DNA of 64,000 nucleotides from Fimbriosthenelais zetlandica (taxonomy: Eukaryota): contig OZ365112.1 of assembly GCA_977030845.1 (NCBI GenBank), forward strand, positions 6,262,001 through 6,326,000, given 5' to 3'. A program made the position numbers and the translations under genes. The notes beneath the pieces were generated by a model. The model had not been told where the DNA came from, did no database searches, and saw nothing but the letters and a program-made list of their open reading frames with translations. Below, piece after piece: positions 53,001 through 61,946 of the stretch (position 1 is the first letter of the stretch; each line of letters begins with the position of its first letter).

Positions 53001-56000
53001 TTTCTTTTCTCTAGTGTCCACGCCACAGGCAGTAATAGCCAAGAACTAAAGGACCTTCAGGAGATGTTGAAATCTGACGCTCTGACACCGACTGAGAAAA
53101 TGTGAGTTCCCAGTGTTCAGTGCAATATGATTATTTCTTTGTGATCCTTTACAGACAGATAACTACTTAATAGAAGAAAGGATCTGATACTTCTGCCCAG
53201 TGTTCTACATTTGAAACCTAATCCGTATGAGCTTTGTTTTGCAGCCATGTACGGAGATCTATTGATAAACATAGAAAGGGTGTGAACAAAAAGGTAATTT
53301 TTATCTATCTTTATCGGTAACGAATGCCTGGTCAGAGCCCCAAATCTTATCTCCCGTTATCAATTCGTTCCGCTTGATTAGATTTTACCCCGTCATTTCA
53401 GAGATGAGTGTCTTATTTTATTTCATTTTACATGCAGAGATTGGACCAGGTTCGCATCGTTGGTGTTACCTGTGCCGCTTCATCATTCCAGTGTCTTCAA
53501 AATTTCCAATTTCCCGTGAGTGATCATTTCAATCTTTGTTCCAAAAATTATCACCCGAGTAAATGGAATGATCTCTTAATTATTCATTTATTTATTATCA
53601 TAATGAACAGTAAATTCTCCAAGGCTTTGCTGAAGTTAATCAAAGGATGGGTTTTACCCAATTCTGCCCATCCCTTCCCCAATTTCCTTTCTGTTCCCCC
53701 ATCATTCCCTGCCCTTCCCCTCGCCGCCTCTCCCCTCCCATTTCACTTCCCCCGCCCCACCCCTCTCCTTGCCCCTCCCCTCCCTACCCCTGCACCCCCA
53801 CCCCCCGCCTGAAACCCACTGTGCTGTGATTCGGGCCTTGTTGTCTGTTGATTGGTGGGATGTTCTAGTTTGACATTTCGCCTCTAGGTAGTGCTCCTGG
53901 ATGAATGTAGTCAGATGATGGAGCCCACGTCGCTGCTGCCTGTCGCCAGATTCGCCTGTCAAAAACTAGTCCTTGTCGGCGATCCCAAAGTCAGTTAAGT
54001 TTTTTACTCCCATTTTAAATCTTCCGTTGGGGTAATTTTTTCACGGGTGTTTGGGATTTTAATCTTTGATCTTCATCGTCAGAATAAATTGGAAGCCACA
54101 TTTTATCAGATTCTCATAAATGACTATCGAGGATTTTCTATTCACCAATATTTTATTGCTTTTTCCCATACACACCATAGAATTCATGCATTCATTTAAT
54201 CTTATTTCCTCATAATTATATAATAAAAAAATTATTAATTCACTATTTGATTGGTTCTCTTCCAGCAACTAGACCCAACCATCCAAGGATCAGAGGCGGC
54301 TCACAAACAAGGCCTCGAACAAACTATGTTTGATCGACTCATGTTAATGGTAATTATAAATTAAAAATTCAGTTAATTGTTCAATTGGTATAAACACTTG
54401 AATAATCGCCATCCCACTCTTTCATTCTTTTATCCCACTACTTTCATAACTCTAGTCATATCCCAACGACTACCCTAATAACAGGGCACCAACATTACAT
54501 GATTTTGTTTAAATTATGGATGCAAAAGGTAATTTCCTTGTCTTCATTAATATTCACAGGGCCACAAAGCCGTCATGTTGAGAACCCAATACAGATGTCA
54601 TCCCCTCATCAGCGCAATCCCCAATATTCTCTTCTATGGACGCCAGCTGCAGGACGGAGTCACCGCAGCTGACAGACCTCCACTTGTGGTAAAATATTAC
54701 TATTTTACACCCAAAAAAATGTAAAATAAATAAAGTGACATGACTGTGCTGTCATCATAACCGTTGGGCTGATGAGTCAGTGCGGCAATTCAATATTCTA
54801 CAGGATAATTTGCTGTTCCTAAAAAAGGTCTCATTAATTCAGAGCATACCTCTTGTGTTGAAGAATCCTCTTTCTCAGGGCTACGTGAGGTGAATATTAT
54901 GGATTTAATATCATGAGAATAGGGCGTATTTGTGTGAGGACAAACAGACATGTTTAATTGCTCTCTGCAGATGAGTACATTTTAGCAATTATATTAATGA
55001 TTAATTCTCATTAGCATGATGTGATTTCTATTCCGATTGACTTCATTTTTATCAGAAGTTATTTCAAGCATATAGGAAGGGGTTGGGGTCGAGTGGTTTT
55101 GGGCTGGGGGATGGGAGTAGGGTGTGGACCCCCTCCACCATTTTAAAGTTGTTTGATGTTCCTAAAAGTAATTCATATTCATGTATAATTAGCAATTTTC
55201 TCAGATATTGAGTGTTTGAGACCCAAAACTCAATACATTTTTCATATCCTGTCAGATATTAATTTAACTGCATATATCCTTGCAGATGTTAATTTAGCTT
55301 CATATATTTTTCCTCTTGCAGCCAGGTTGGCCAGCACTGTGTTTCTTTGATGTGAGTGAAGGGGAGGAGAGAAGTGGTTCTTCCTCGTCAGGTAGCTTCT
55401 ATAATGATCAGGAGGTTCGTCTAGTGGTTCGCCTCTTAGACAGACTTATAAGTGCGGGGGTGGAGAGTACCAACATGGGAGTCATTACTCTCTACCGAGC
55501 TCAGCAAGCCAAGATCCAACAAGCACTGCAAGACATGCCCGAAAGGTGCTATACACTTTTATATATTTTTTTAAAAATATATTTTTTCTATATTTAAACA
55601 GGAGGCAAATCATTACCCAAAGGATCGCACCAGGGTGCAGTTATCTTCCCGCCTCCTGCCGCAACATGATTTATTAATTTGTCAAATTGTTAAAAGTTAA
55701 AAGAAAAAGCAAGCTTATTAACTATCATAATAATGTGAAGATGACAATTATCTTTATTACGATTCCCAGAATTTAATGAAATTTATAGTTTTATGACAAC
55801 AGTATAGAAGCTAGCACCCCCCCCCCCCCCCACCCCCAAGAGAAATCAGTATTGCATAGTATTTCCAAGAAATAAAACCTTCAGATTGATTAGCTGAAAA
55901 AAACATGATAAATTTTAATGGTTTGTCTAATATTTTCAGTGAGTTGCGGTCTGTACAAGTGTCAACTGTAGACGCCTTTCAGGGAGGTGAGAGAGGGGTC

Positions 56001-56761
56001 ATCATTCTCTCCTGTGTCCGTACCCGTTATGTAGGCTTCATTGATTCCGACAAGTAGGTATCAGACAAATATTAAATAGCCGTAGTTAAAATCAGAGTTT
56101 ATTTTTAGATTAAAAAACATCTGTAAATGTGTTTGCAGGAGAACTAACGTGGCGCTGAGCAGGGCTAAGAATCACCTTCTTATTGTTGGTCACCGGAGGA
56201 ACTTGACTAATAATGCTTTGTGGAGGAAAGTGATCAAATATTGTCTGGGTAAGTATTTGCCATGATTTGGTTTGTTTTTTAGTGTCTCCAAAATTTGTAT
56301 AAAAAAAAAATCAATATTAGCGTAGGCTATTCAGTGAAGTACGGTATAGGACTTTCCTCTCTTAAATTTCGATAAAAAAAAATCTTCCCATATATTTTCA
56401 TGATATCCTTATCTTCGTTTCATCAGAGGCACCTGGAGGGATGAGGAAGGGAGACGAGTTCCTACAGAGTCTGGAAGATGTCACTGTAGAGGAAGAGATG
56501 GAGAAAGAAGGAGAGACCGACGGGTCAGTGGCTCCATCTAGCACCTGTAATAATCAACTTCTAGGAGGTCCCAGCCCTGATATGGATCTGGATCCTGATT
56601 TTCAATACAGCGGTCAACATGGGAGACCTGATGATACCAGTTTGCCACAAAAACCTCGCCGACAAACTCGATCTCTTATTTTCACATCACAAGATTTCAA
56701 CCCAATTAAGGGACTCGATTCTGAAAGTGATGATGATGATTTACCTGAATTTTTTTCCTAA
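17022..56761 (+). CDS. ZGRF1: ZGRF1 orthologue (DUF2439 + GRF zinc finger + SF1 UPF1/DNA2-like 5'-3' helicase); 29 coding exons, 3335 aa
   Basis: Hand-spliced GT-AG exons join in frame with consistent phases (CDS 10008 nt). N-terminus [46 protein letters not shown] matches the ZGRF1/Mte1 DUF2439. GRF finger CEHG...GRFFFAC...QCRFFKW. Helicase motifs [52 protein letters not shown]. Confidence 0.96.
18540..19830 (+). mobile_element. Decayed piggyBac-like transposase in ZGRF1 intron
   Basis: Colinear fragments in shifting frames: [40 protein letters not shown]. Confidence 0.5.
20550..21850 (-). mobile_element. Decayed DIRS-like reverse transcriptase relic
   Basis: PWFFRG..EGAYT, LFFVVP..KK, and METPIDRS resemble DIRS ORF2 PWV..I..GY, FFVVPKK and KMETPESIR in the correct order; many stops. 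Confidence 0.4.
22916..22996 (+). CDS. ZGRF1: ZGRF1 coding exon 2 (DUF2439)
   Basis: tttgcag|[27 protein letters not shown]|gtgagc. Confidence 0.95.
23300..24500 (-). mobile_element. Decayed L1/Tx1-like RT relic
   Basis: TSLLPK..D.RY resembles ITLLPKGDKD.R.LKNWRP; SMGMVDVKT resembles GGLGMVDIKT. Confidence 0.35.
25595..25654 (+). CDS. ZGRF1: ZGRF1 coding exon 3 (DUF2439)
   Basis: ttttag|[20 protein letters not shown]|gtaaga. Confidence 0.93.
26612..26766 (+). CDS. ZGRF1: ZGRF1 coding exon 4 (end of DUF2439)
   Basis: ctatctag|[20 protein letters not shown]...PNPP(R)|gtatgt; phase 0 to 2. Confidence 0.93.
27432..27540 (+). CDS. ZGRF1: ZGRF1 coding exon 5
   Basis: atttcag|(R)QLRGPVG...GLKRKKS|gtaggt; phase 2 to 0; GLKRK parallels human SGLKRKF. 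Confidence 0.88.
28207..33010 (+). CDS. ZGRF1: ZGRF1 coding exon 6, giant 4804-nt exon, low-complexity S/G/P/T/E/K-rich linker
   Basis: Within the open 1639-aa ORF 28141..33060. Acceptor ttttttcctccag|GFIPPRQV; donor AAAG|gtgaga (phase 1) matches the next exon. Confidence 0.88.
33330..35420 (-). mobile_element. Unclassified decayed retroelement fragments (LINE ORF1-like and possibly Penelope-like)
   Basis: [10 protein letters not shown] and WLLKNARK resemble LINE ORF1; RRLVFL...[10 protein letters not shown] weakly resembles a Penelope N-terminus. Confidence 0.25.
36000..38600 (-). mobile_element. Decayed CR1/L2-type LINE (ORF1, endonuclease, RT order)
   Basis: Fragments in order on the - strand: LEEREPR (ORF1-like), HDFNV (GDFN-like), [17 protein letters not shown] (RT), [18 protein letters not shown] (RT C-terminus). 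Confidence 0.45.
40045..40220 (+). CDS. ZGRF1: ZGRF1 coding exon 7
   Basis: tcatttttcag|(D)[23 protein letters not shown]...RNELTQ|gtaatc; phase 1 to 0 bridges exons 6 and 8. Confidence 0.8.
40773..40832. repeat. 2 x 30 bp tandem repeat
   Basis: ttgttgccagc...ttgaaattga at 40773 and 40803. Confidence 0.85.
41109..42995 (+). CDS. ZGRF1: ZGRF1 coding exon 8, 1887-nt low-complexity exon with hexapeptide repeat
   Basis: Within ORF 41094..43001; tttcccccag|VTVAHKD...GTKQ|gtataa. Confidence 0.85.
42231..42428 (+). repeat. Coding minisatellite, 11 x 18 bp (consensus ctgtctaacaaccactcc, LSNNHS)
   Basis: Units begin every 18 nt from 42231 inside ZGRF1 exon 8. Confidence 0.95.
43370..43511 (+). CDS. 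ZGRF1: ZGRF1 coding exon 9
   Basis: gtttag|[17 protein letters not shown]...[12 protein letters not shown]...|gtgagt; parallels human ELSFP...QRQIHIPAVF. Confidence 0.92.
44534..44626 (+). CDS. ZGRF1: ZGRF1 coding exon 10
   Basis: acccacag|(E)[10 protein letters not shown]...LSRVDTS...|gtcagt; parallels human EHLNILL...LSKVDIS. Confidence 0.92.
44862..45134. repeat. Tandem duplication, about 130 and 142 bp, near-identical
   Basis: cattctg...ggcaattcagtccttt...tcatagat occurs at 44862 and 44992; the second copy carries a short insertion. Confidence 0.9.
45827..45936 (+). CDS. ZGRF1: ZGRF1 coding exon 11 (first half of GRF zinc finger)
   Basis: ctaatgtag|...[21 protein letters not shown]|gtaaat; phase 1 to 0. 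Confidence 0.88.
46054..46238. mobile_element. Imperfect inverted-repeat element (MITE-like)
   Basis: Arms 46054-46134 and 46170-46238 are imperfect reverse complements (gccgggccca...gcttgtaatttt) around a 35-nt loop. Confidence 0.65.
47392..47628 (+). CDS. ZGRF1: ZGRF1 coding exon 12 (second half of GRF zinc finger)
   Basis: tctattcag|[22 protein letters not shown]...ECQLVRR...MP|gtaagt. Confidence 0.95.
48787..48889 (+). CDS. ZGRF1: ZGRF1 coding exon 13
   Basis: tttttcccag|NWMKKK...[16 protein letters not shown]|gtgaaa; parallels human LYLKLSRKERSSAYSK. Confidence 0.92.
49673..49819 (+). CDS. ZGRF1: ZGRF1 coding exon 14
   Basis: tttgtag|(D)DLWVV...SAFYGP...PSNWLSG|gtaagg. Confidence 0.93.
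50121..50235 (+). CDS. ZGRF1: ZGRF1 coding exon 15
   Basis: ctcgcag|(T)[14 protein letters not shown]...[10 protein letters not shown]|gttagt. Confidence 0.92.
50652..50742 (+). CDS. ZGRF1: ZGRF1 coding exon 16
   Basis: aactacag|(R)[16 protein letters not shown]...GHFV|gtaagc; phase 2 to 0. Confidence 0.82.
51280..51409 (+). CDS. ZGRF1: ZGRF1 coding exon 17 (start of helicase, Q motif)
   Basis: aattcag|[22 protein letters not shown]...PITLIH(G)|gtgagt. Confidence 0.94.
52270..52429 (+). CDS. ZGRF1: ZGRF1 coding exon 18 (Walker A, motif Ia)
   Basis: ttgacag|[13 protein letters not shown]...[12 protein letters not shown]|gtaagg. Confidence 0.96.
52576..52653 (+). CDS. ZGRF1: ZGRF1 coding exon 19
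   Basis: gttctag|[25 protein letters not shown]|gtaaat. Confidence 0.95.
53015..53101 (+). CDS. ZGRF1: ZGRF1 coding exon 20
   Basis: ttctctag|(S)[28 protein letters not shown]|gtgagt. Confidence 0.93.
53245..53293 (+). CDS. ZGRF1: ZGRF1 coding exon 21
   Basis: gttttgcag|(I)[16 protein letters not shown]|gtaatt. Confidence 0.9.
53438..53515 (+). CDS. ZGRF1: ZGRF1 coding exon 22
   Basis: catgcag|[26 protein letters not shown]|gtgagt. Confidence 0.94.
53657..53817 (-). other. C-rich intronic tract with G-quadruplex potential on the - strand
   Basis: Many closely spaced runs of 3-6 C on the + strand. Confidence 0.7.
53888..53989 (+). CDS. ZGRF1: ZGRF1 coding exon 23 (Walker B, motif III start)
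   Basis: cctctag|[13 protein letters not shown]...LVLVGDPK|gtcagt. Confidence 0.96.
54266..54349 (+). CDS. ZGRF1: ZGRF1 coding exon 24
   Basis: tcttccag|[28 protein letters not shown]|gtaatt. Confidence 0.95.
54560..54688 (+). CDS. ZGRF1: ZGRF1 coding exon 25
   Basis: ttcacag|[20 protein letters not shown]...RPPLV|gtaaaa. Confidence 0.95.
55322..55545 (+). CDS. ZGRF1: ZGRF1 coding exon 26
   Basis: tcttgcag|[11 protein letters not shown]...SFYNDQE...[10 protein letters not shown]...|gtgcta. Confidence 0.93.
55940..56053 (+). CDS. ZGRF1: ZGRF1 coding exon 27 (motif V)
   Basis: ttttcag|...[24 protein letters not shown]...GFIDSD|gtaggt. Confidence 0.96.
56139..56248 (+). CDS. ZGRF1: ZGRF1 coding exon 28 (motif VI)
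   Basis: tttgcag|(K)[17 protein letters not shown]...[10 protein letters not shown]|gtaagt. Confidence 0.96.
56427..56761 (+). CDS. ZGRF1: ZGRF1 terminal coding exon 29 (acidic tail)
   Basis: tttcatcag|(E)[11 protein letters not shown]...[13 protein letters not shown]; phase 1 entry; stop TAA at 56759-56761. Confidence 0.9.
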
Positions 56762-57589
56762 ATATATTTATTAACAGTATATCTTTACCTGTATATAAGA
56801 GTGAATGTATGCTACATGAAATATGTGATAAAAGATCATTTGTTCAATTCTCAAATCCCAATTTGAAATAACAGATTTTTAAAATCAATCTGATAAGTGA
56901 ATTAGGCCTATGTATGTATTTCCATTGAGTTTTTACTGTATTCCTGCTTGCATTTATTTAATTGTTTTAACTTTTTTTTAAATTTAAACTTAAAAGTTTA
57001 AATTTTTCATAATATTGTAATATAATAATGCCACAAATGTCTAATTCTATTTCTCTTGATTTCTTGTACATGTTCCTACACGTTACTGTGATAAAATTAT
57101 ATTTCATAACATCTTTTTTTGAGATTTTTGTTTTTTGGGGCGCTGGGGGAGTTGGTCTTTGACTGAGAAAAGTGTCCAGAAATGCCCTTTTATTTTTAAA
57201 AAGCCCCCAAAAGGCTGAAAACCCATGAGCTTGGCCCCCGCAGAAGGGATGGATTCCTAAGACAGGTTTGACATAAGTTTGACATAGCCCGAAGTTCCCG
57301 GATAAGCCTATCTTCTTCTAAAGGCGATCTTTTAGGCGGTGAACGGACGAACTACAACAGGACCTCTATTCCGAGCGCTGCTGCCACCCAGAATGACGGT
57401 AGGTAGAGGAACTACGGTACAGTTCACCAGCCAGGAGGGAAAGCTGTTCATCATTTACTTATGTACGACCTCCCCAAATCTCACTCTTTGTCACCACAGA
57501 AGTTAGAAGCTCTGTTAGTTCTAAAATTGAGAGACTAGAATGATATTTACTTAAATGGAAACTTTCTGACTAGGCCTATATTTTCTCGC

Positions 57590-57687
57590 GGAATCACACG
57601 GGACGTCTGGGACCTGTTTCGATGTGTCAACGTGCAACAAGCGAGAGTCGTGGCTAAGTTTATCGAGAGGGAGGGGCCGTGCAACAG
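57590..57687 (+). other. Possible non-coding first exon / promoter of MFSD6L
   Basis: CpG-containing stretch ending in CAG|GTTGGT at 57687/57688. ETS-like CCGGAAGTG (58057-58065) and YY1-like CAAAATGGCG (58124-58133) lie nearby, so the true start is uncertain. Confidence 0.35.
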
Positions 57688-59978
57688 GTTGGTGTTCTAA
57701 ATTTACTGTATTTACTGTAATTATAACTTATTAAGCTGCTTTCTTGATGTCTGTTATCTATAATTTCTGGATTATGGTTACTGGAGTGTTCAAATTTTGG
57801 TATTATGGACAAATAACTGCATATTTCTCAGTGTTCAGTCGCATTGCTGTGCTACGCATTCGATACTCGCTCTCGGCGTTGACTTGTGTATTTGGTTTCC
57901 TCAGCCCCAGAAGTCGTCTTTTATAAATCTACACAGTGTTATACTGGACAAAATATCACATCATGTCATATGATTAGGATTGGCCATCAGATTTGTATTG
58001 AGGTTGAAGTAATAAAAAGACTAGTTTTGACAAGCAGATGCCTGGCCGATCCTAAGCCGGAAGTGCGATAATAGTGTGCAAAATTCTCACCCGTGGCAGC
58101 ACTCGAGGGGCTCCAGCAAAATGCAAAATGGCGAACCCCAAGCTTATGGACTTCTAAATACTCGCATTGTGCAGACAAGTATTGTTCTATTGAACTGAAA
58201 ACCGTCGAGATGGTGCACTCCATGAATATGTACATGATTGAAAGAGTATAATAGTATACCTGCACGAATTTGAGCAGAATCTATGGTGTGAGCTTGTAGG
58301 CATAGTTCCTAAATTTGTCACCAGTGGCATCATCGTCCTCTGGTATATCAGAACGTGTTATTTTAATCTATTATCTATTTTATTGCTATATGGGTCCCTG
58401 AGGAAGATCCTGGATATAAAGTATCAAATATCAATTTGATCAGATGTAATTTTGCCGGATATTCATCCAGACATGTCGCAACTATTCCAGGAAGAATGAT
58501 AAAAGTCTATACCGGAATAGGCTACATAGACTAGAAGTATTCAACAATAATTTAAAAAGAAATTTATTTTGAAAATTAATATTAAACCTATATTATCCAG
58601 ACCTACTTTTTAATGATGACTCACCAACAATTGCCTCAATACGTATGGTTGTCATGGCAATCTCACCTCCATATATTGGTGCTGACACATTGCCAGTCCA
58701 TCCATTACAAACAAACTGGTGTACATGCCGGCATTGCACTGTAAACTATTCATCATTACATTGTACAAAATTCACCTATATTACGGTACTAAATTTTTGT
58801 GGAAAACGTCCATATAAATTCACAATTTATATTGCTGATCAATGATATATGGCCAATTTGATGGGAAAGGAAAATAATTATATAAATTTTTTATTTGTCT
58901 TCTAAGACAAAGTTGTATCCAGTTAAGTAATTTTGAAAGGAATGAATTATTAGTTGATCTTAGCATGCTCCTTGAGATTCTATAGAATATGATTTTTCAG
59001 AATAAATATTTGTTGCTTTGCTCAGCAATTTTTTGAAGTTGACATAAGCCACCTCCTCCACCACATTCTAACCACTCCCTCTGGTCGTATATATGTATAG
59101 CCGTTGACCTTATTATACATACAGAGGTAGCACTCACACAGGCACGAATACATACAATGGACACACACCATATCCCACTCTACTGCCTAATGTGTCTGAT
59201 CATTGGAGTGAGGTCAATGGGAATTACTTAATAGTCAGTGGAAGACAAGAATACCCTCCTTTGAAGTAAAAGGTAGGCTAAGACATAGACATAGATAGAT
59301 CTACGTCTATGGCTAAGATCAGAGACGCAAAAATAATTTTCCCAGGCTGTGGCACTGAGCTAAATGCATTCTGTTTATTGCAAATAACAAAAAACTGCGC
59401 ATTCAAAATGGTCATAGTTCAATACCAGCATATGCACATTTATATAACATAAGAGATTCGATTCTATGAATTGCGTATTTTATTTATTCTTGTATATTTA
59501 CGCATGTCTATGTTCCAGTCATCATAAGTTTAGGGAAGCACTATGTATTGGTTGATCTTAAACACTTCAACTTGAAATATGATATCCTCGACTATATCCG
59601 TTTTCTGAAGCTTCCAAGTAATAACTTATCTGAGGATCCTTGTCTTTAAAGAAGTAATGTCTGTTATCTGCTTTTTACGTCAAAGTGTTAATGTTAATCT
59701 ATGATAACGTATGAAAATGCACTTGACCCAGTGTAGAACAAACAGAACCTTGGCATTGCTTCAATGTGCAGTGGGGCGGGGGATGGATTTGGCCAGTTAG
59801 TGTCTTGTGTTTTCAAGTGTAATACATATCTTTTATTATATAATTATTTCTTGAGGATATCCTATTTTGTTAATACATTTCATATGTCTCTGAATTCAAT
59901 GCATCTCTCTTCTACTTTCAGGTCGGTAGATATAATAGGTAAATTACTGATTACCCTTGGCTGACCGTCTACTCCACC

Positions 59979-61946
59979 ATGGGGACAGATAATGACCTCA
60001 ACCTTGATAAGGTCCTGTGCATATCGCACACCTTCCACCTCTTCCTGGGAGCTGCTCGCTCGGCTCTCTTCCCCTTCCTCACCATCTACTTCCGACTGCT
60101 CGGCCTCTCGGCCACACAGACCGGACTACTACTCGGAGCTAAGGCCTTCATGACATTTACCTGCGCTCCGGCCTGGGCGGCCTGTGCCAAACGCTTCAAC
60201 AAGAAAAAGATAGTCCTCATTTTTTCTATCTTCATGTTGTTGGCGTCCAATCTGTTCCTGTGTTTGGTGCCTCCTGTGACAGACAAGGCCCCTCTCAGGT
60301 TCTGTGAGAAAGATAAGGTCAATTTACATGTTAATAATAGTGGCTCTAACCCATTATTTAGTGAGTTGAAGAATGTGTCCACCCCAGGACCTGCCATAGG
60401 AAATGTAGTCGCAAACGATTTGTCTACCAAAATAGCCCTGATACTTTCCTCTACTAAAAAAGCTCCCGAAAAGACTACGAAGAGCCTTATCCCAAGCAGC
60501 ACCACAACAACATTGACTACCACCAACACAACCCCCACCAAGACCACAACAACTGCATCAACTACCCCCCAACCCACAACCACCACAGACAACAATCAAC
60601 ATGACAAAGAAATCGACTCCGGTAGTCAAAAATCTCACCCAAATGGAAATCAAAATGTTGAAACATCTACTGATGATGGTCAAGAAGAAAAACCATCCAG
60701 TGAGAAGAAACAAAAAGAAAATTTTTCCCAGGAAGATCTGGAATTACTTGAACAGCTAGGTATCAGTGCTGATGACTTGAAAGATCTTAGCCTCACAGAT
60801 CTTAACTCACTAATCGACGAAATTACCAAGAAAGAAAGTAGAAGCAAGAGGAACATTCTTCAGAAAGTGAAAACCAAATGGGACGAGTTGAGCAATCGCT
60901 TTGAGATCGCGGAGTACCAAACATTTGTTATTGTGCTCATGGTCATGATTTTGGGAGAGCTCTTCTCTGCGCCCTATGAAAAACTAGCTGATGATTGCTG
61001 GTTTGAATACCTCGACCTACTGGACTCTCTGGAGCGATTTGGTGGTCAAAATGTATGGCGTACCATTGGATACGTTCTCATTCCCACCATAGTCACCGCT
61101 ATCATTGACCACACCCAGTGCCTCCTACCTCTTGGTCTCCACCACTTCTACATCCATTTCTTCGCATTTGCCCTCTTAATGCTTGTAGTCTTCGTCTCTG
61201 GACTTTGTTACCCGGTTAGTCAGAATAAGCAGACACCGAAGCGGTCTCGGATGACTAAAGGTTTCAAGGTTCTTTGTGGTGACATTCATGCCTTCGCCAT
61301 GACGTTCACTATGATAGTTCTCGGTGCAGGAACAGCAGTCATGTCTAACTTTCTCATGTGGAAGCTACAGGACCTAGCCAGCAGTGAGATGGTCATGGGA
61401 GTGGCCATTGCGGTTTCCGCAGCTTCTGAGTTTGTACTACAGCTGGTTGGCCGGGGCCTTGTGAAGAAACTCACCCCCACCGGGGCAGTCTGCCTGGGGC
61501 TGCTTCTCCTAGTTGGTCGACTGGTTTTCTACTCTTTCCTCTGGAATCCATGGCTTGTTCTGGCTGGAGAAGTCCTGAATGGACTGACTGTGACGCTCAT
61601 CTGGATTGCCATCAGGACATACCCGGATTTCCGGATTAATCCGTTTGTGATGGATCGGAGTGCTTCATCCGTCATCACAGGGCTCTATGTAGGAGTTGGC
61701 TTTGCTGGTGGGAGTATGGTATCAGGCTTGGTCTATGATAAGCTTGGGTATGCCTTACTCTTCCAGGGAACAGCTGGACTGGTGTTCTTGTGGGGCGTTA
61801 TCTTCCTTATACTACAAAAAGCCGTCAAGAAAACAGAGAAAGTTAGATATGCTAAATTACTACAGGATGAGAATGCTGATGATAGTGATGAGTCAGTTAT
61901 ATATGAGGAGGACTGGCTGGAAGTAGCCATGAAACGAAACCGTTAA
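59979..61946 (+). CDS. MFSD6L: MFSD6-like major facilitator superfamily transporter, single coding exon, 655 aa
   Basis: Uninterrupted ORF with about 12 hydrophobic segments and a large loop after TM3. N-terminus FHLFLG...PFLTIYFRLLGL...LVPPV and C-terminus KVRYAKLL...EEDWLEVAM match my recall of MFSD6L (FHLVCG...PFLTLYLRQLGL; KIKYSKLL...EQDWLVKAM). Upstream acceptor tctactttcag|59922. Confidence 0.9.
   Translation: MGTDNDLNLDKVLCISHTFHLFLGAARSALFPFLTIYFRLLGLSATQTGLLLGAKAFMTFTCAPAWAACAKRFNKKKIVLIFSIFMLLASNLFLCLVPPVTDKAPLRFCEKDKVNLHVNNSGSNPLFSELKNVSTPGPAIGNVVANDLSTKIALILSSTKKAPEKTTKSLIPSSTTTTLTTTNTTPTKTTTTASTTPQPTTTTDNNQHDKEIDSGSQKSHPNGNQNVETSTDDGQEEKPSSEKKQKENFSQEDLELLEQLGISADDLKDLSLTDLNSLIDEITKKESRSKRNILQKVKTKWDELSNRFEIAEYQTFVIVLMVMILGELFSAPYEKLADDCWFEYLDLLDSLERFGGQNVWRTIGYVLIPTIVTAIIDHTQCLLPLGLHHFYIHFFAFALLMLVVFVSGLCYPVSQNKQTPKRSRMTKGFKVLCGDIHAFAMTFTMIVLGAGTAVMSNFLMWKLQDLASSEMVMGVAIAVSAASEFVLQLVGRGLVKKLTPTGAVCLGLLLLVGRLVFYSFLWNPWLVLAGEVLNGLTVTLIWIAIRTYPDFRINPFVMDRSASSVITGLYVGVGFAGGSMVSGLVYDKLGYALLFQGTAGLVFLWGVIFLILQKAVKKTEKVRYAKLLQDENADDSDESVIYEEDWLEVAMKRNR

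Noticed and set aside
52270-54349. Apparently atypical helicase motifs ([13 protein letters not shown])
   Set aside because: GVFGAGKS is the normal ZGRF1 Walker A, and QLDPT is a single substitution beside intact DECSQ and GDPKQL; no evidence of inactivation.
59284-59311. Small hairpin catagacatagat/atctacgtctatg
   Set aside because: 13-bp arms with one mismatch; likely a common tiny repeat remnant with no further support.
60086-60595. 169-aa antisense ORF
   Set aside because: Shadow of the Thr-rich (ACN) MFSD6L loop, which gives Val-rich antisense codons; no independent evidence.
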